A stretch of 64,000 bases of DNA from Aureliella sp. (GTDB lineage: Bacteria > Planctomycetota > Planctomycetia > Pirellulales > Pirellulaceae). Made by a program: the position numbers and the translations under genes. Below are positions 52,260 through 62,561 of this stretch, one piece after another. The stretch covers positions 1,504,001 to 1,568,000 of the forward strand of contig OY829846.1 in NCBI GenBank assembly GCA_963691875.1. The letters run 5' to 3'. The notes beneath the pieces are model-generated. The model saw only the letters and a program-made list of their open reading frames with translations. It had not been told where the DNA came from and ran no database searches. Every line of letters begins with the position of its first letter. Position 1 is the stretch's first letter.

Positions 52260-53105
52260 TTACCCCAGCAGTTCACTTCGAAGCTGTACAAGCAATCCAG
52301 AGGCGTGGGAAATCTCAGCTTTCTGACGTTCGGGCTCCTCGGGAATCTCGCGTTCGATCGTCAGAGGTCCGGAGTATCCGATCTCTTTCAAGGTACTTAG
52401 GTAGGCATTCATGTCTACCTGCCCTTCACCAAGCGGTACTTCGCATCCCCAGGTCTCGCCAGGTTTATCACTCCAGGTTGCGTCCTTGCAGTGTACACTC
52501 TTCACATAGTGTCCGACCTTCTTCAAGGCATCGATAGGCTGCCCCGTGCCATACAGAATCATGTTGGCGGGATCAAAATTGATGAACAAGTTGTCTCGTT
52601 GCATGTCGCCGATAAATTGCAACAGACCGTCAGCGGTCTCTTGCCCAGTCTCAAGATGCACTGACTGATCATTCTGTCCAGCATGATCGCAGAGCTCCCG
52701 GGTAACCTGAATCACTTCTTGATAAAGTGGATCAGCTGTGTCATGAGGGACAAAGCCCAAGTGCAAAGCAATGACGTCGCAGCCGAGCAGTCTTGAGAAG
52801 TCACTAATCTCTTTCATTTCTTGAAGACGATCGGCTCTTGTTTCCTCTGGAACCAAACCTACGGTCTTGGAGACCGTAGGGATGTCAGCATAGCTTTCCC
52901 CCTCGAATCCGCCAAAAACGGCGGTCAGTTCAATGCCGAGTGATTCTAGTCTTTCGAGGAAAGCTTCCGCATTCTCAGGCTTACGTGTCGAGCGATGCGG
53001 AGCATGCAGTTGAATCGTGGGAATCTTCAACTCATTCGCAACCTCAAGTTTTACCCCGAGTCCAGCATCGATACTCGTAAATACTCCAACTGACCAATCA
53101 GACAT
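52260..53105 (-). CDS. Sugar phosphate isomerase/epimerase (TIM barrel)
   Basis: LETGQE, NFDPAN, VHCKD, PLGEG.VD and LTIERE. Confidence 0.9.
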   Translation of the reverse strand: MSDWSVGVFTSIDAGLGVKLEVANELKIPTIQLHAPHRSTRKPENAEAFLERLESLGIELTAVFGGFEGESYADIPTVSKTVGLVPEETRADRLQEMKEISDFSRLLGCDVIALHLGFVPHDTADPLYQEVIQVTRELCDHAGQNDQSVHLETGQETADGLLQFIGDMQRDNLFINFDPANMILYGTGQPIDALKKVGHYVKSVHCKDATWSDKPGETWGCEVPLGEGQVDMNAYLSTLKEIGYSGPLTIEREIPEEPERQKAEISHASGLLVQLRSELLG

Positions 53106-53250
53106 GTAGCTCGCTCCTGAAGTAGAAGAATTGTTGAGGGGTAGATTTACAGGGCAGTTATTCCTGCAAATCAACTATGCGATGAGTCTAGAGCAGACTC
53201 GGAATGACTGCCCCTTAGAGTTCAGCGACTGCAGATGGAAGGTGTGCTGA

Positions 53251-56200
53251 CTAGGATTCGTCGGTCGGCGTTTGCCCTTCAGCCTGCTCCTCGTGTTCAG
53301 CTGGCTGTGAGGTTGCAACTGACTCCGATTCCGGTCGACGCTCTTCTGACTTCGGCGGAGGCACATCGTCAGTACGCTTCGCTTCGTAGAATTGCATCAG
53401 GTCAGAGAACGAACGCAACGGTTCTTCACCCTCTTTCATCGCATCCGAAATTGGTGCTTTCGGCTTTTTGCTTTGGACTACGACAGGCTTCGACTGCTTG
53501 CGTTCAGCGCGCCGCCGCCCGCCTCCGTCTCTTCCGCGCCCTCGACGTGCATCCCTGCCACCTTGGCCTTTCCCGCCTTGCCCCTTGCCGTCACGGCCTT
53601 TGCCGATGAAACTACGTTTTCCATCGGAGCCACCACCTCTGCGTTTGCCTTGGGGCCGATCGCCGGAATTTTCGCGTCGACGACGATTGTTCGCGTTTTC
53701 CTCGCGCTGGTTCGCCCGTTCCTCTGGACTGAGGGTGGTCAACGCAACTTTGTTCTTCTTTTCGTCACATGAGATCACCCAAACCATCATCAAGTCTCCC
53801 ACTTGGACTACTTGATGCGGGTCTTCGACGTAATTCTTCGAAAGTTGCGAGATGTGAATCAGCCCACTGCAATCTGGAGCCAACTCGACGAAGGCTCCAA
53901 AATCGGCAACGCCGACCACGACTGCCCACAGGCAAATATCTGGCTTCAGCGTCGGCAGCGTTGGAACTTCAGTTAACATCGGTACCGGCGGACCGTCGAG
54001 TCTCGGGTCTCCAAACGGGTCTTGAAGACAGGAAGCGATCCAATTCAGTTTGGCACGTCCCACTTGCCAACTCTTTGCATACTTTTCAGTATCCAATTTG
54101 GCAGGCGAATCTGCGGCTTCCCTTCGGAAGGCCAAGACATCCTCGGGATATTCCGCTTGGGAACTCACTTTGTCCGTTTTGTCACCGTCTGCGGTAGGTT
54201 GTTCTTCACTAACCACTTCGGCTTCAGCAGGCGATGCTTCACCCGAGATGGTTTCCGTGTCGGCTGGCTCTTCTGAACCGCTAGTTGCCTCTTCACTTGG
54301 AGATTCGGCTGTTTCCTCTGACGTCGCAGGCTCCTCAGCTTGTGTTTCTTCCGAAGCAGGCTCGGCTGCGTCCGCCTCTATCGGAGCGGCAGCTAGATCA
54401 GAATCGGCCGAGTTCAACTCTACCTCGGTTGAACCTTCTGCAGCACCCGCTTCTGTCGCTGGCCCCTCTGCACTTTCGGGAGCCGCATCAGCCGACACTG
54501 TTTCAGCAACGAGTGTTGCTTCCGTTTCGGCAGCTACAGTTAGTTCGAAGGGAGGCAGCTCCCATCCTTCGGGTGAATCAGCAGGACTTTCAAGCTCCGT
54601 ATTACTGACCAGCCGCTCGGCAAGCTTGTAATCTTCCGGATGCACCAGAGTGGCATCCAGCTTCTGTTCGCTACCGTAGAGTCGCAAGAACCCGATCGCT
54701 TGGCGTCGCTGGTGTTCAGGCCAATCGCTAACGTCCGCAACAAGGTTTTCTCGCGTAGTCAAGTTTCTGTTGCCGGCTAATGTGGCGATCTGCTGAGCCT
54801 GACCTTCCTCTACGCCGGGGACATACTGCAAGCTCTCCACGTTGGCACGATGTGTGTCGACACCGCGATAGCTTACACACTGGGTGATGGTGTCGCGAAT
54901 CAGGTTGCGGAGCGGATCTTGCGGCAGTTCGCGTTGATAGCTTCCAAGTCGAATGCGATTGACGTCGATCTTCAGCAACTCGCCGAGCGGATCAATCTGG
55001 GAGCGAGCCACCCAAATTGCTGCTCGCATCCGTCGATTGTGTGCAGGCAATTCGCGAAGTGCGCTTCTGCCAGCAGCATATGCTTCGGCCCCACCACGAT
55101 CCGCCATCGTCCAACGCAACTCCCCACCGCTATGCTTCATCAACTCTCGAACGGTCAGCAGCAGGAATCTGCGAGCCGGCCCGTTGGTCAATGTTACGAG
55201 CGTTACCTGAAAACGATGAATAATCTCACCCAGCTGAGCTACATTTTGATTCACAGCATCGGGCTGAGCAGAGCAAATAACTTCATCAGTATGGAGAACT
55301 CGACCATCCGGACCCACCACGGCTACGGCCGATGACTTTGGGCCGATTGTGTCAACGAGAAGAATCACATGGCCACGAATGGGGCGTCGCATGAGGCTTG
55401 CACGCAACTGATCGGTCGCTGTTTCCAGCAGTTTGTCTTGCGCGTTTTCTTCGAGTGAAGAGAGCACGTCGGCTTCTACCTTCGCTTGAAGCCCACTTCC
55501 CCAAATCCCGTCCACAGCGGTAGAGAACCAACTGGCAAGCTTGTGAGATTCAGCCACAAACGTATCACGTGCGGCCGTGAGTAGCTCGGATGGCTCATAT
55601 TGCAAATTGACGCGAACAATCTGACTTCGCCGACCACGGCCCAACATCAACAACTGGTAAGCCGTCAATTTGGAGATACTCTCCTTGAGCGACTTCATCG
55701 GCTGGAGCATGGTGGACAACCACCTACGACGACGCTGACGAGGCGTTAACTTCGACTGAGACTTAATTTCTGTTTTCTTGGCATCGTCTCCTTTCGATTT
55801 CCCTTCGTCAGGAGTTGTGAAAGTAAGTTGCGGCTCGTCGCTACTCGCCTCGCATTCAGCCTCCGCCTCGGAGCTAGCGTCTGACGAAACCTCCGTTGTT
55901 GCTGCCTCCGACTCAGGCACAGGGCTTGATGCTTCCTTTTCGGACGTTTCAGCTGCCGGAGAATCTGCTGCAGCATCTTCCTGTTTGTCTTGTTCGGGTG
56001 AGGAGACGGGGGTTGCTGCTGATTCGACTGTCTCGCTCGCAGGCGAGACAGAAGGAGCTACGCCCGTTTCTGGCTCCTGTGTGCCCGGCGTTTCGGGTGC
56101 CGACTCTAAAGCTTCTGTACAAGTGATGGCAGTTTCATCCCCTGGCTCAGCAGCGTGCTTGTCATCGCTTTTCTCAGGTCGACTGCTCGTTTCAAGATAG

Positions 56201-56769
56201 TCGATTGAGACGCGAGCCTTTTTCTGAATGATCTTCCTAAGAGAATGATTTAAACGTGCGTCACACTGCAAAATCAGTCCCATTAACCTTTGCGCTTGCT
56301 CGACAAGCTGAGCCGATTCCTCTGCACCAAGCGAATATTTTTCCTGGGCGATTTCGGCAACAGGTTTTGCATCGCCTTCGTAGGCAATGAGGTGCTCGAG
56401 GAATTCTTGGACTTGTGCGTCTCGCTCTGCGGTTTGAGCAAGATTGCGGCGAGCCCTCCAAGCGCGCATCACGACATCAACTTCGGTCTCCGATACTGCT
56501 CGATCTAGGCCTTTATTCGCTTCATCATCTAGAACAGCGTCCTTGGGAAGCTGTTCTTGGGAGCGTTGCTTGGCGGCTGCGAGTCGTTGGCTACGATCAA
56601 TCTCAAGCTTGAGAGACCACAAGACTTCAGGGGTTAATCCTCCTGACTCGTCTGATCGGTAACGCTCGATAAAGCTGGGGTGAAAGCCTTGCTGGATCAG
56701 GTCGGCTGCAAGGCGGATTTGGTCATCAGAAAGGCGAAGACGACGGGCGATGCCGCTAAGATCAGTCAT
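53251..56769 (-). CDS. Divergent Tex-like protein (YqgF-like, HhH and S1 domains)
   Basis: FIERYRSDESGGL, DPLGELLKID, GVDTHRA, LDATLVHPEDY, DPRLD, and S1 FGAFVEL...GLIHISQLS..YVEDP..VV.VGD. Confidence 0.85.
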   Translation of the reverse strand: MTDLSGIARRLRLSDDQIRLAADLIQQGFHPSFIERYRSDESGGLTPEVLWSLKLEIDRSQRLAAAKQRSQEQLPKDAVLDDEANKGLDRAVSETEVDVVMRAWRARRNLAQTAERDAQVQEFLEHLIAYEGDAKPVAEIAQEKYSLGAEESAQLVEQAQRLMGLILQCDARLNHSLRKIIQKKARVSIDYLETSSRPEKSDDKHAAEPGDETAITCTEALESAPETPGTQEPETGVAPSVSPASETVESAATPVSSPEQDKQEDAAADSPAAETSEKEASSPVPESEAATTEVSSDASSEAEAECEASSDEPQLTFTTPDEGKSKGDDAKKTEIKSQSKLTPRQRRRRWLSTMLQPMKSLKESISKLTAYQLLMLGRGRRSQIVRVNLQYEPSELLTAARDTFVAESHKLASWFSTAVDGIWGSGLQAKVEADVLSSLEENAQDKLLETATDQLRASLMRRPIRGHVILLVDTIGPKSSAVAVVGPDGRVLHTDEVICSAQPDAVNQNVAQLGEIIHRFQVTLVTLTNGPARRFLLLTVRELMKHSGGELRWTMADRGGAEAYAAGRSALRELPAHNRRMRAAIWVARSQIDPLGELLKIDVNRIRLGSYQRELPQDPLRNLIRDTITQCVSYRGVDTHRANVESLQYVPGVEEGQAQQIATLAGNRNLTTRENLVADVSDWPEHQRRQAIGFLRLYGSEQKLDATLVHPEDYKLAERLVSNTELESPADSPEGWELPPFELTVAAETEATLVAETVSADAAPESAEGPATEAGAAEGSTEVELNSADSDLAAAPIEADAAEPASEETQAEEPATSEETAESPSEEATSGSEEPADTETISGEASPAEAEVVSEEQPTADGDKTDKVSSQAEYPEDVLAFRREAADSPAKLDTEKYAKSWQVGRAKLNWIASCLQDPFGDPRLDGPPVPMLTEVPTLPTLKPDICLWAVVVGVADFGAFVELAPDCSGLIHISQLSKNYVEDPHQVVQVGDLMMVWVISCDEKKNKVALTTLSPEERANQREENANNRRRRENSGDRPQGKRRGGGSDGKRSFIGKGRDGKGQGGKGQGGRDARRGRGRDGGGRRRAERKQSKPVVVQSKKPKAPISDAMKEGEEPLRSFSDLMQFYEAKRTDDVPPPKSEERRPESESVATSQPAEHEEQAEGQTPTDES

Positions 56770-57199
56770 GCGGTTCAGTCTCTTTTTGCTCGCGCAACAT
56801 CTGAAACGTGTTGGGCTTGCAGTTCACATTTTGTCGTGGGCTCGCGACTGCCACGCAGTCTGAAGTCGAGCAAAATGGCTGTTAATTACTTCTCTACGCT
56901 AGGCTCAAGGCCTCACGTGCCAGCGCATTCCGCTCGAAGCTATGCGGATCACAGGTGCTTGTCAAGCAACCGCGTAGCAAAAGCATCCATTCTTCCCAAC
57001 ATCCAAACAAAACCCCCTTAAACGCACGACTTCAAACCTGCGCGGCAAAAGAAAAGGAACCAGGCACTTTTGCTAGCTTTCGCATTTGTTCGTCAGCGCG
57101 AACTTAAATCCTGCATTTGCCTTAACCCGCAAAGTCGACCTAACCGATAGATACTACTAACAAGTAACCCAACTTGCACCTTTAGTACCAAGTCACCGG

Positions 57200-57454
57200 A
57201 TGAGCCAAGAACCCAATATCCTTAGCTTTGAAGATTATCAATCTGAGCCTTCAACCAGCGTCGGTGACGATAGGCAGCAGGCTCTGCGCGTTTCAGCTGG
57301 AGAAGTTCTCGCGCTTATGATGCACGCCGCTCGAACCCGACGCATGTGGATCGAGGACTTTGCGGACGAGACCCTCTTTGTCAGTCCAGACATGTACGAA
57401 GTCCTGGTGACGTACAAGAGAATCGCGTTTGAAACAAACTCAAAAGCCGCCTAG
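57200..57454 (+). CDS. Small hypothetical protein
   Basis: 84-aa ATG ORF filling a gap between oppositely oriented genes, with natural-looking composition. Confidence 0.65.
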   Translation: MSQEPNILSFEDYQSEPSTSVGDDRQQALRVSAGEVLALMMHAARTRRMWIEDFADETLFVSPDMYEVLVTYKRIAFETNSKAA

Positions 57455-57514
57455 GGAGTCCAGCTCGAGCCACGCGAAAGGCAGGAGACCTCGGAGAAGC
57501 TGAGGGCTGCAGAA

Positions 57515-58453
57515 CTAGCGCAATTGCCAGGCGGGCAGATTGGCTGCTGATGCTGGCAGTGACTCCATGGTGTTCTGCGGCTTTTGCAAATCTAGGTAGC
57601 GGGGCGCGTCGGCTTGACGAGCATCCTCAAGCCAGGTTTTCAGACGTGCCAACTTAACTTGAGCATTCTCCTCGTCGGTCGACTCGTGATCTGGGGCATG
57701 CCCCCAAGATACAGTGTGGCGATCTACCGTTTCCAACGACATGAGCCAACCATCGGCGCCCAAAGTGCTTTTGTCAGGACTTACGAAAACTGCACGCACC
57801 CCAAGCTTCTCACGTACCGGCGCAAGAAAGCGGCACAACGCCAGAGCTTCTGATATTCTCTTATCGCCGAATGCCATGCGAACCTTATTCTTCGTCGGCT
57901 GAATGCCATCAGCAATGATGGCGATATAGTTAAACGCATCTTCACTTTCGAAATCTTGCCGGGGTAGGACGTACCCCTCATCATCGACTGCATAGAATCC
58001 GAACTTGGCTTCTCCACCAGGCACATCGGAGGCCATCGGCTGAAAAACCAGAGCCCTCGGTTCGCGGTAGAGGAGATCTACCACCAGCTCTCCGCTGCCG
58101 CTTTTGGTAACACGAAGCGTAGATTTGATCCAAGCGTGAGTCTCAAAGGCTTGAGCAATCGTGGCGGTTATCTGTGGATCCAGCAGTGATAGCTCCTCAA
58201 ACGCTCCAACTTCGATGACTTCGTCGACAACCTGAGTGCGACGAATCCAAGTTGGCTGAGGTGTAACCGTCAGATTCTCCGTGTCGAAGGCATAAAGCGC
58301 TCGGTCTAGATGTTCTGCACCATAGAAGAGCCATCCAAAGTAGCCCAAGAAAACGAGGGGGCTGACGGCGAAGATCAATGCCGCGCCGGGAATGCGCTGC
58401 ACATAATCTGCCGCGCGTGCAAACAGTCCTTGCTTTTCTTCGTCAGAAGTCAT
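57515..58453 (-). CDS. FtsQ/DivIB-like single-pass membrane protein
   Basis: N-terminal TM, POTRA-like AFETHAWIKSTLRVTK..G.LVVDLLYREP.ALV, VDDEGYVLP and C-terminal YLDL. Lies downstream of the murB-like gene. Confidence 0.6.
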   Translation of the reverse strand: MTSDEEKQGLFARAADYVQRIPGAALIFAVSPLVFLGYFGWLFYGAEHLDRALYAFDTENLTVTPQPTWIRRTQVVDEVIEVGAFEELSLLDPQITATIAQAFETHAWIKSTLRVTKSGSGELVVDLLYREPRALVFQPMASDVPGGEAKFGFYAVDDEGYVLPRQDFESEDAFNYIAIIADGIQPTKNKVRMAFGDKRISEALALCRFLAPVREKLGVRAVFVSPDKSTLGADGWLMSLETVDRHTVSWGHAPDHESTDEENAQVKLARLKTWLEDARQADAPRYLDLQKPQNTMESLPASAANLPAWQLR

Positions 58454-58587
58454 TTTCGAATCAGTTCTGATCCTAGTCCCGGTCCGTGGAACTATCGGCA
58501 ATAGGAGTAACTAGCAACCTTGCTGCGAAAGTGGCGCGAAACAGATAGTTAGGAAGAATCTCTAGCTATCTTCACACAAGTTTTCCT

Positions 58588-59460
58588 TTACCAGATTTTC
58601 AGTTGCTGATGCAACTGAATTCCAGACTGCACTTCAACAGCCCGAGCAATACGACCCACCAATGCTAGCACATCCTTTGCGTCAGCCTCTTTTGTAACGC
58701 CAAGATAGCCAGGGAACTTAGGATTCATGCTGGCCTCGCCCTCCGCTGCGGACTTCATCCCAGCAGCTTCTAACAATTCAGAGATTTGCCAGCCACTTGG
58801 CTCAATAAAAGCTTGAGCCAAGCAGTCGTCGACAGCTGGCTGGGCAGCTTTCTTGACGATCCAATTTGCCTGGAGCTTACGCGTGACTTCGGCTGGATCT
58901 TGCCTTTGCAATTCAATCTCTGCCGAAGTGACGATGAGGTGCTCTAGATTCGAGCGGCGGTACCCAAACTTTAGATCTTCTCGCGATAGCTCGACTTCCT
59001 GCGCGTCGCGATCGACACCGCAGACTCGCTGGACACGGCTACCCAAGTCATCATTCTTGACGCCTGAGTTGCACACCACTGCCGCACCAACTGTTCCTGG
59101 GATCCCGGCCAGGTGCTCAAGGCCGGCTAAACCTGATTCGGCAGCCGCAGAGATCAGATCGCCAAGCGAAGCCGCAGCACCTACAACGATTTTGTTATCT
59201 GAAATCGTCACTGCTTCGAATTCACCGGTTAACCGCACGACAAGAGCATCGATCTGTCCGCTGCGAATGAGCAGATTGGAGCCAGCCCCCAGGACTCGAA
59301 CTGGCAGTGAGGCAGCCGTCGCTTCCTTGCAGAGTTGCGTCAGAATAGAGCTGGAGGGAACTTCCGCAAAGAACCTAGCCGAACCGCCGATTCTTAACCA
59401 ACAACGCTCAGCAAGTGAGACATTCTCATGCACGTAGGAATTCAGTGATTCGGAAAACAC
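58588..59460 (-). CDS. murB: MurB-like FAD-binding protein (catalytic C-terminal motifs degenerate)
   Basis: WLRIGG.A, LGAGSNLL, GLEHLAGIPGTVG, FGYRRS and KKAAQP. Confidence 0.8.
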   Translation of the reverse strand: MFSESLNSYVHENVSLAERCWLRIGGSARFFAEVPSSSILTQLCKEATAASLPVRVLGAGSNLLIRSGQIDALVVRLTGEFEAVTISDNKIVVGAAASLGDLISAAAESGLAGLEHLAGIPGTVGAAVVCNSGVKNDDLGSRVQRVCGVDRDAQEVELSREDLKFGYRRSNLEHLIVTSAEIELQRQDPAEVTRKLQANWIVKKAAQPAVDDCLAQAFIEPSGWQISELLEAAGMKSAAEGEASMNPKFPGYLGVTKEADAKDVLALVGRIARAVEVQSGIQLHQQLKIW

Positions 59461-59549
59461 TTTTTGAAACCCTCAAATATCTGAAACGCTGCCGCTTGCC
59501 TGGATTTGGCACTGCCCGGGACAATATGAATAGCATTGCTCAATCCCAC

Positions 59550-59591
59550 AAAAAAAACGACCGGTCAGGCTCTCCCGACCGATCGTTTTTT
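59550..59591. terminator. Rho-independent terminator after the thioredoxin gene
   Basis: aaaaaaacgaccggtc-aggctctcc-cgaccgatcgtttttt. Confidence 0.8.
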
Positions 59592-59627
59592 CGTTTTTGT
59601 TCGACTTCAAGGAGCCTTCTTTGAGAT

Positions 59628-60041
59628 CTAACGCAAGACTTGCTCACTAATGATCTTGCCGCCTGCTCGAGCAAGCAACTCTTTCATACGCTTCTTACTC
59701 TGCATTCCCGTAAGACTAAATCGCTTCCATTTCCCGTCTTTCTTGTTGAAGACGATGACCTGGGGAAGCGTCGGACCCTTCATCAGCTTCTCAGCTAGCT
59801 CTGGGTTTTGATCTTTGTCGACATAGGTCACGACTACTTTGTCGAGCTGTCCATCCTTTTGCATCGGCTGCATCGTTTCGCGTTTCATAATCTGGCACGA
59901 CGCGCACCAGTCTGCACCAACAAGGATGACAAGAGGCTTCTTTTCCTTGTCTGCTTTCTTAAACGCAGCTTCGTACTTCAACGGCTTTCCATCGGTGGTA
60001 CCGGCGATGGCAAACAAGATCGACATTGCCAATTCAACCAT
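59628..60041 (-). CDS. Thioredoxin-fold protein (probably exported)
   Basis: KPLVILVGADWCASC with a hydrophobic N-terminus. Confidence 0.88.
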   Translation of the reverse strand: MVELAMSILFAIAGTTDGKPLKYEAAFKKADKEKKPLVILVGADWCASCQIMKRETMQPMQKDGQLDKVVVTYVDKDQNPELAEKLMKGPTLPQVIVFNKKDGKWKRFSLTGMQSKKRMKELLARAGGKIISEQVLR

Positions 60042-60699
60042 GATTACATCCTTCTACATTTTGAAATGCGACCGTCGCTTCGGAGACCGGTAAACTCCTT
60101 GTGGCACCCCATAGTTGCGCCGCGAAGATTCCTTTCCATCCTCCGTGCGATTGCGTCAAAGTAGTCCTCGATGCTATGCATCGTGAAAAGAATCGTGGGC
60201 TAGCAAAGCCTTAGCGATTGCAGAGGGCTTAACGATTACGTTGTGTCTGACGCGTGCAAGGCCGCGAGTATAAGGGCCTTCATGGGGCTGACAACCATGC
60301 CCCAACATTGGAGGTTAATCGGATAGCTAGCTTTCAAGATGCATTTTCGTCTGAAAAACCAGGCTGCTTTTCAGCCTATCCACCCCTGGCTACTCCAGCT
60401 GCCCCGTCTGCCTAGAGCCTTCCCGTCGTAGCGATGTTACTTATTACCCTGGAAATTAGTGATTCCACAAACATTAGAGCGGCTTTTGGGGCGATCATTT
60501 GGACGCAAAGTCGAGTGCCGCAAGATGTCGAATTGGCCAGAAGGTGTTAAACTCTGCGTAGTGTCAAAACGGCCCCCTCAATTCAAGGGTTCACAGACCT
60601 TTCAGGCGAGTGGAAGCGTTTTCGCCTGCGAGTTCGTTTTTATCTGGGAAAAATCATTTTCTGTTAGCCTTTTTCTGTTAGCTGAACCACCCACTCGAA

Positions 60700-61719
60700 A
60701 TGAAACTCAAACTGGGGCTCATCGGCCTTTCTAGAGACTGGAGAAGCCGTCACTTACCCGCACTGCGGATGCTGGCAGAGCGATTCGAGGTTTGCGCGGT
60801 CTACAACTCTATCTCGTCCTTAGCAGCCAACGTCGCCCGCGAATTTGATGCGCAGCCGTTTGACGGTTTCCGCGAAATGCTTGCCCACTCGGAAATCGAA
60901 GCGGTCCTGTTTCTGGAAAGTAGCTGGTACGGAACCGCGCCGATCAACGCCGCTTGCGACTATGGGAAGGCTATTTATTGTGGTTCCGAAATTAAATTGG
61001 CGCCCGAGCGAGCTGCGGGCCTTCGAGAATTGGTACAGCAATCCGGAGTCGCCTTCATGGCCGAATTCCCACGACGCTTGGCACCAGCCTCACTCCGACT
61101 CAAAGAACTGATCGCGACGCGATTAGGGCAACCACAAATGATCTTCTGCCATCGGCGGCTACCTGCCGAGTGCGGTTCGCAGCAAAGCTTGCCGCAGGAG
61201 GTCATGGATCGGGAGCTCGTAGAACTAATGGACTGGTGCTCGTTTGTCGCCGGAAAACCGATTTCTTCGATCCATGCTAACTCACACAGTTCGCGAGATT
61301 CGCAGCATCTGGATTACTGCTCCTTGAGCCTCCAACTCGGTGGATCTGATGAGGACTCGGGATCAGAAAACAGCGATCCGACGACTGCTCAGATAAGCTG
61401 CGGTGCGTACATCCCGGCCAGTTGGCAAGAAGCAATTCACTTCCAGCAACCATCTGCGATGCAAGTGCGATGTGAGAATGGCCTCGCTTTTCTGGACTTG
61501 CCAAACACTCTAATTTGGTTTGACGAAGCCGGCCGGCACCAAGAATCTTTGGAGGCAGAATTGAATGTTGGCCAACAGTTGCTGACTCAATTCCATCGTT
61601 CCGTCACGAGTCTTGTTCGCAAGATGGCCGATCTAGAAGACGTCTGCCGTGGCCTACAGGCAATTCAAGTCGCTCGCCAGAGCATGCACGAGCACCGCCG
61701 CATGTTCCTTGAGCAATAA
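60700..61719 (+). CDS. Gfo/Idh/MocA-like oxidoreductase (divergent)
   Basis: LKLGLIGL...HLPAL..L.ERFEV.AVY, FREMLAHSEIEAV and F.RR..PA. Confidence 0.8.
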   Translation: MKLKLGLIGLSRDWRSRHLPALRMLAERFEVCAVYNSISSLAANVAREFDAQPFDGFREMLAHSEIEAVLFLESSWYGTAPINAACDYGKAIYCGSEIKLAPERAAGLRELVQQSGVAFMAEFPRRLAPASLRLKELIATRLGQPQMIFCHRRLPAECGSQQSLPQEVMDRELVELMDWCSFVAGKPISSIHANSHSSRDSQHLDYCSLSLQLGGSDEDSGSENSDPTTAQISCGAYIPASWQEAIHFQQPSAMQVRCENGLAFLDLPNTLIWFDEAGRHQESLEAELNVGQQLLTQFHRSVTSLVRKMADLEDVCRGLQAIQVARQSMHEHRRMFLEQ

Positions 61720-61831
61720 CACGCGAAGCAACGTATTATTCGTCCTCCCAGCTTCCCTGCCTCAATGATCGTGAATGGCTGCTGATCTCGGGACGTTTCG
61801 CGTAAGACCAAATCCAGTAGGCTAGAAGTCC

Positions 61832-62284
61832 TCAAAGCACTACCGAGCAAAGAACAATCGCCGCCTTACCCAACGCACCCAGCAGCAGTGCGGCCAGCTT
61901 TTTCTCCCCCCGCTTCTCGGCCAGCCAGGGAAGTAATTGCTGCTTCTTAATCACTGCTTCTTCTTCCCAACCCGACAAAAACCAGATCAACATGCCCGCC
62001 AAGGCGGCCAGCATGAGCATGAGGTTCGAATTCTGTGACTTCGAGAACTCTGCAAGCGACGCCCGCCGACGTGTGAAACCGCTCATTTCACACCGCTCGG
62101 CTAGCTGTCGGAAATCCTCTCCGTTCTCGACTCCCAAGACAAAGAACTTTGTCCTGCTAGAATCCGGACGTAAACGAAGAAGCAGAGTATTCCCAAGCGG
62201 ATTGCGAGTTATCGAAAGTATGTTCTTGAGCACGATCCGCTGAGCAGCCGCGAGATCTGCGTTGGTGAGCGATTTCGCACTCAT
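61832..62284 (-). CDS. Hypothetical membrane protein
   Basis: ORF with two C-terminal hydrophobic stretches and no family recognised. Confidence 0.4.
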   Translation of the reverse strand: MSAKSLTNADLAAAQRIVLKNILSITRNPLGNTLLLRLRPDSSRTKFFVLGVENGEDFRQLAERCEMSGFTRRRASLAEFSKSQNSNLMLMLAALAGMLIWFLSGWEEEAVIKKQQLLPWLAEKRGEKKLAALLLGALGKAAIVLCSVVL

Positions 62285-62561
62285 AATACGATTCAAATCG
62301 CCGGTGAAGCCTGGACAGGATATCACGTCAAAGTGCACCAAGTACTCTTCGTGAATGCAAAGCAGCGAATCTGCCTTCTCTGTGACAACGAAGCAAAACG
62401 CTGCCCCTGCGGAATCGTCGATAATGGCTTCTACAGATCCCGACTCGCCAGGATTTCACTCGAATGCATCGGTACGTGTTTAGATTATCCGCGCTGTCGG
62501 CAAACATATCGAATAAACAATCGGAATCTGTTATTTGCAAGACTGCGGCCGATGAATGATG

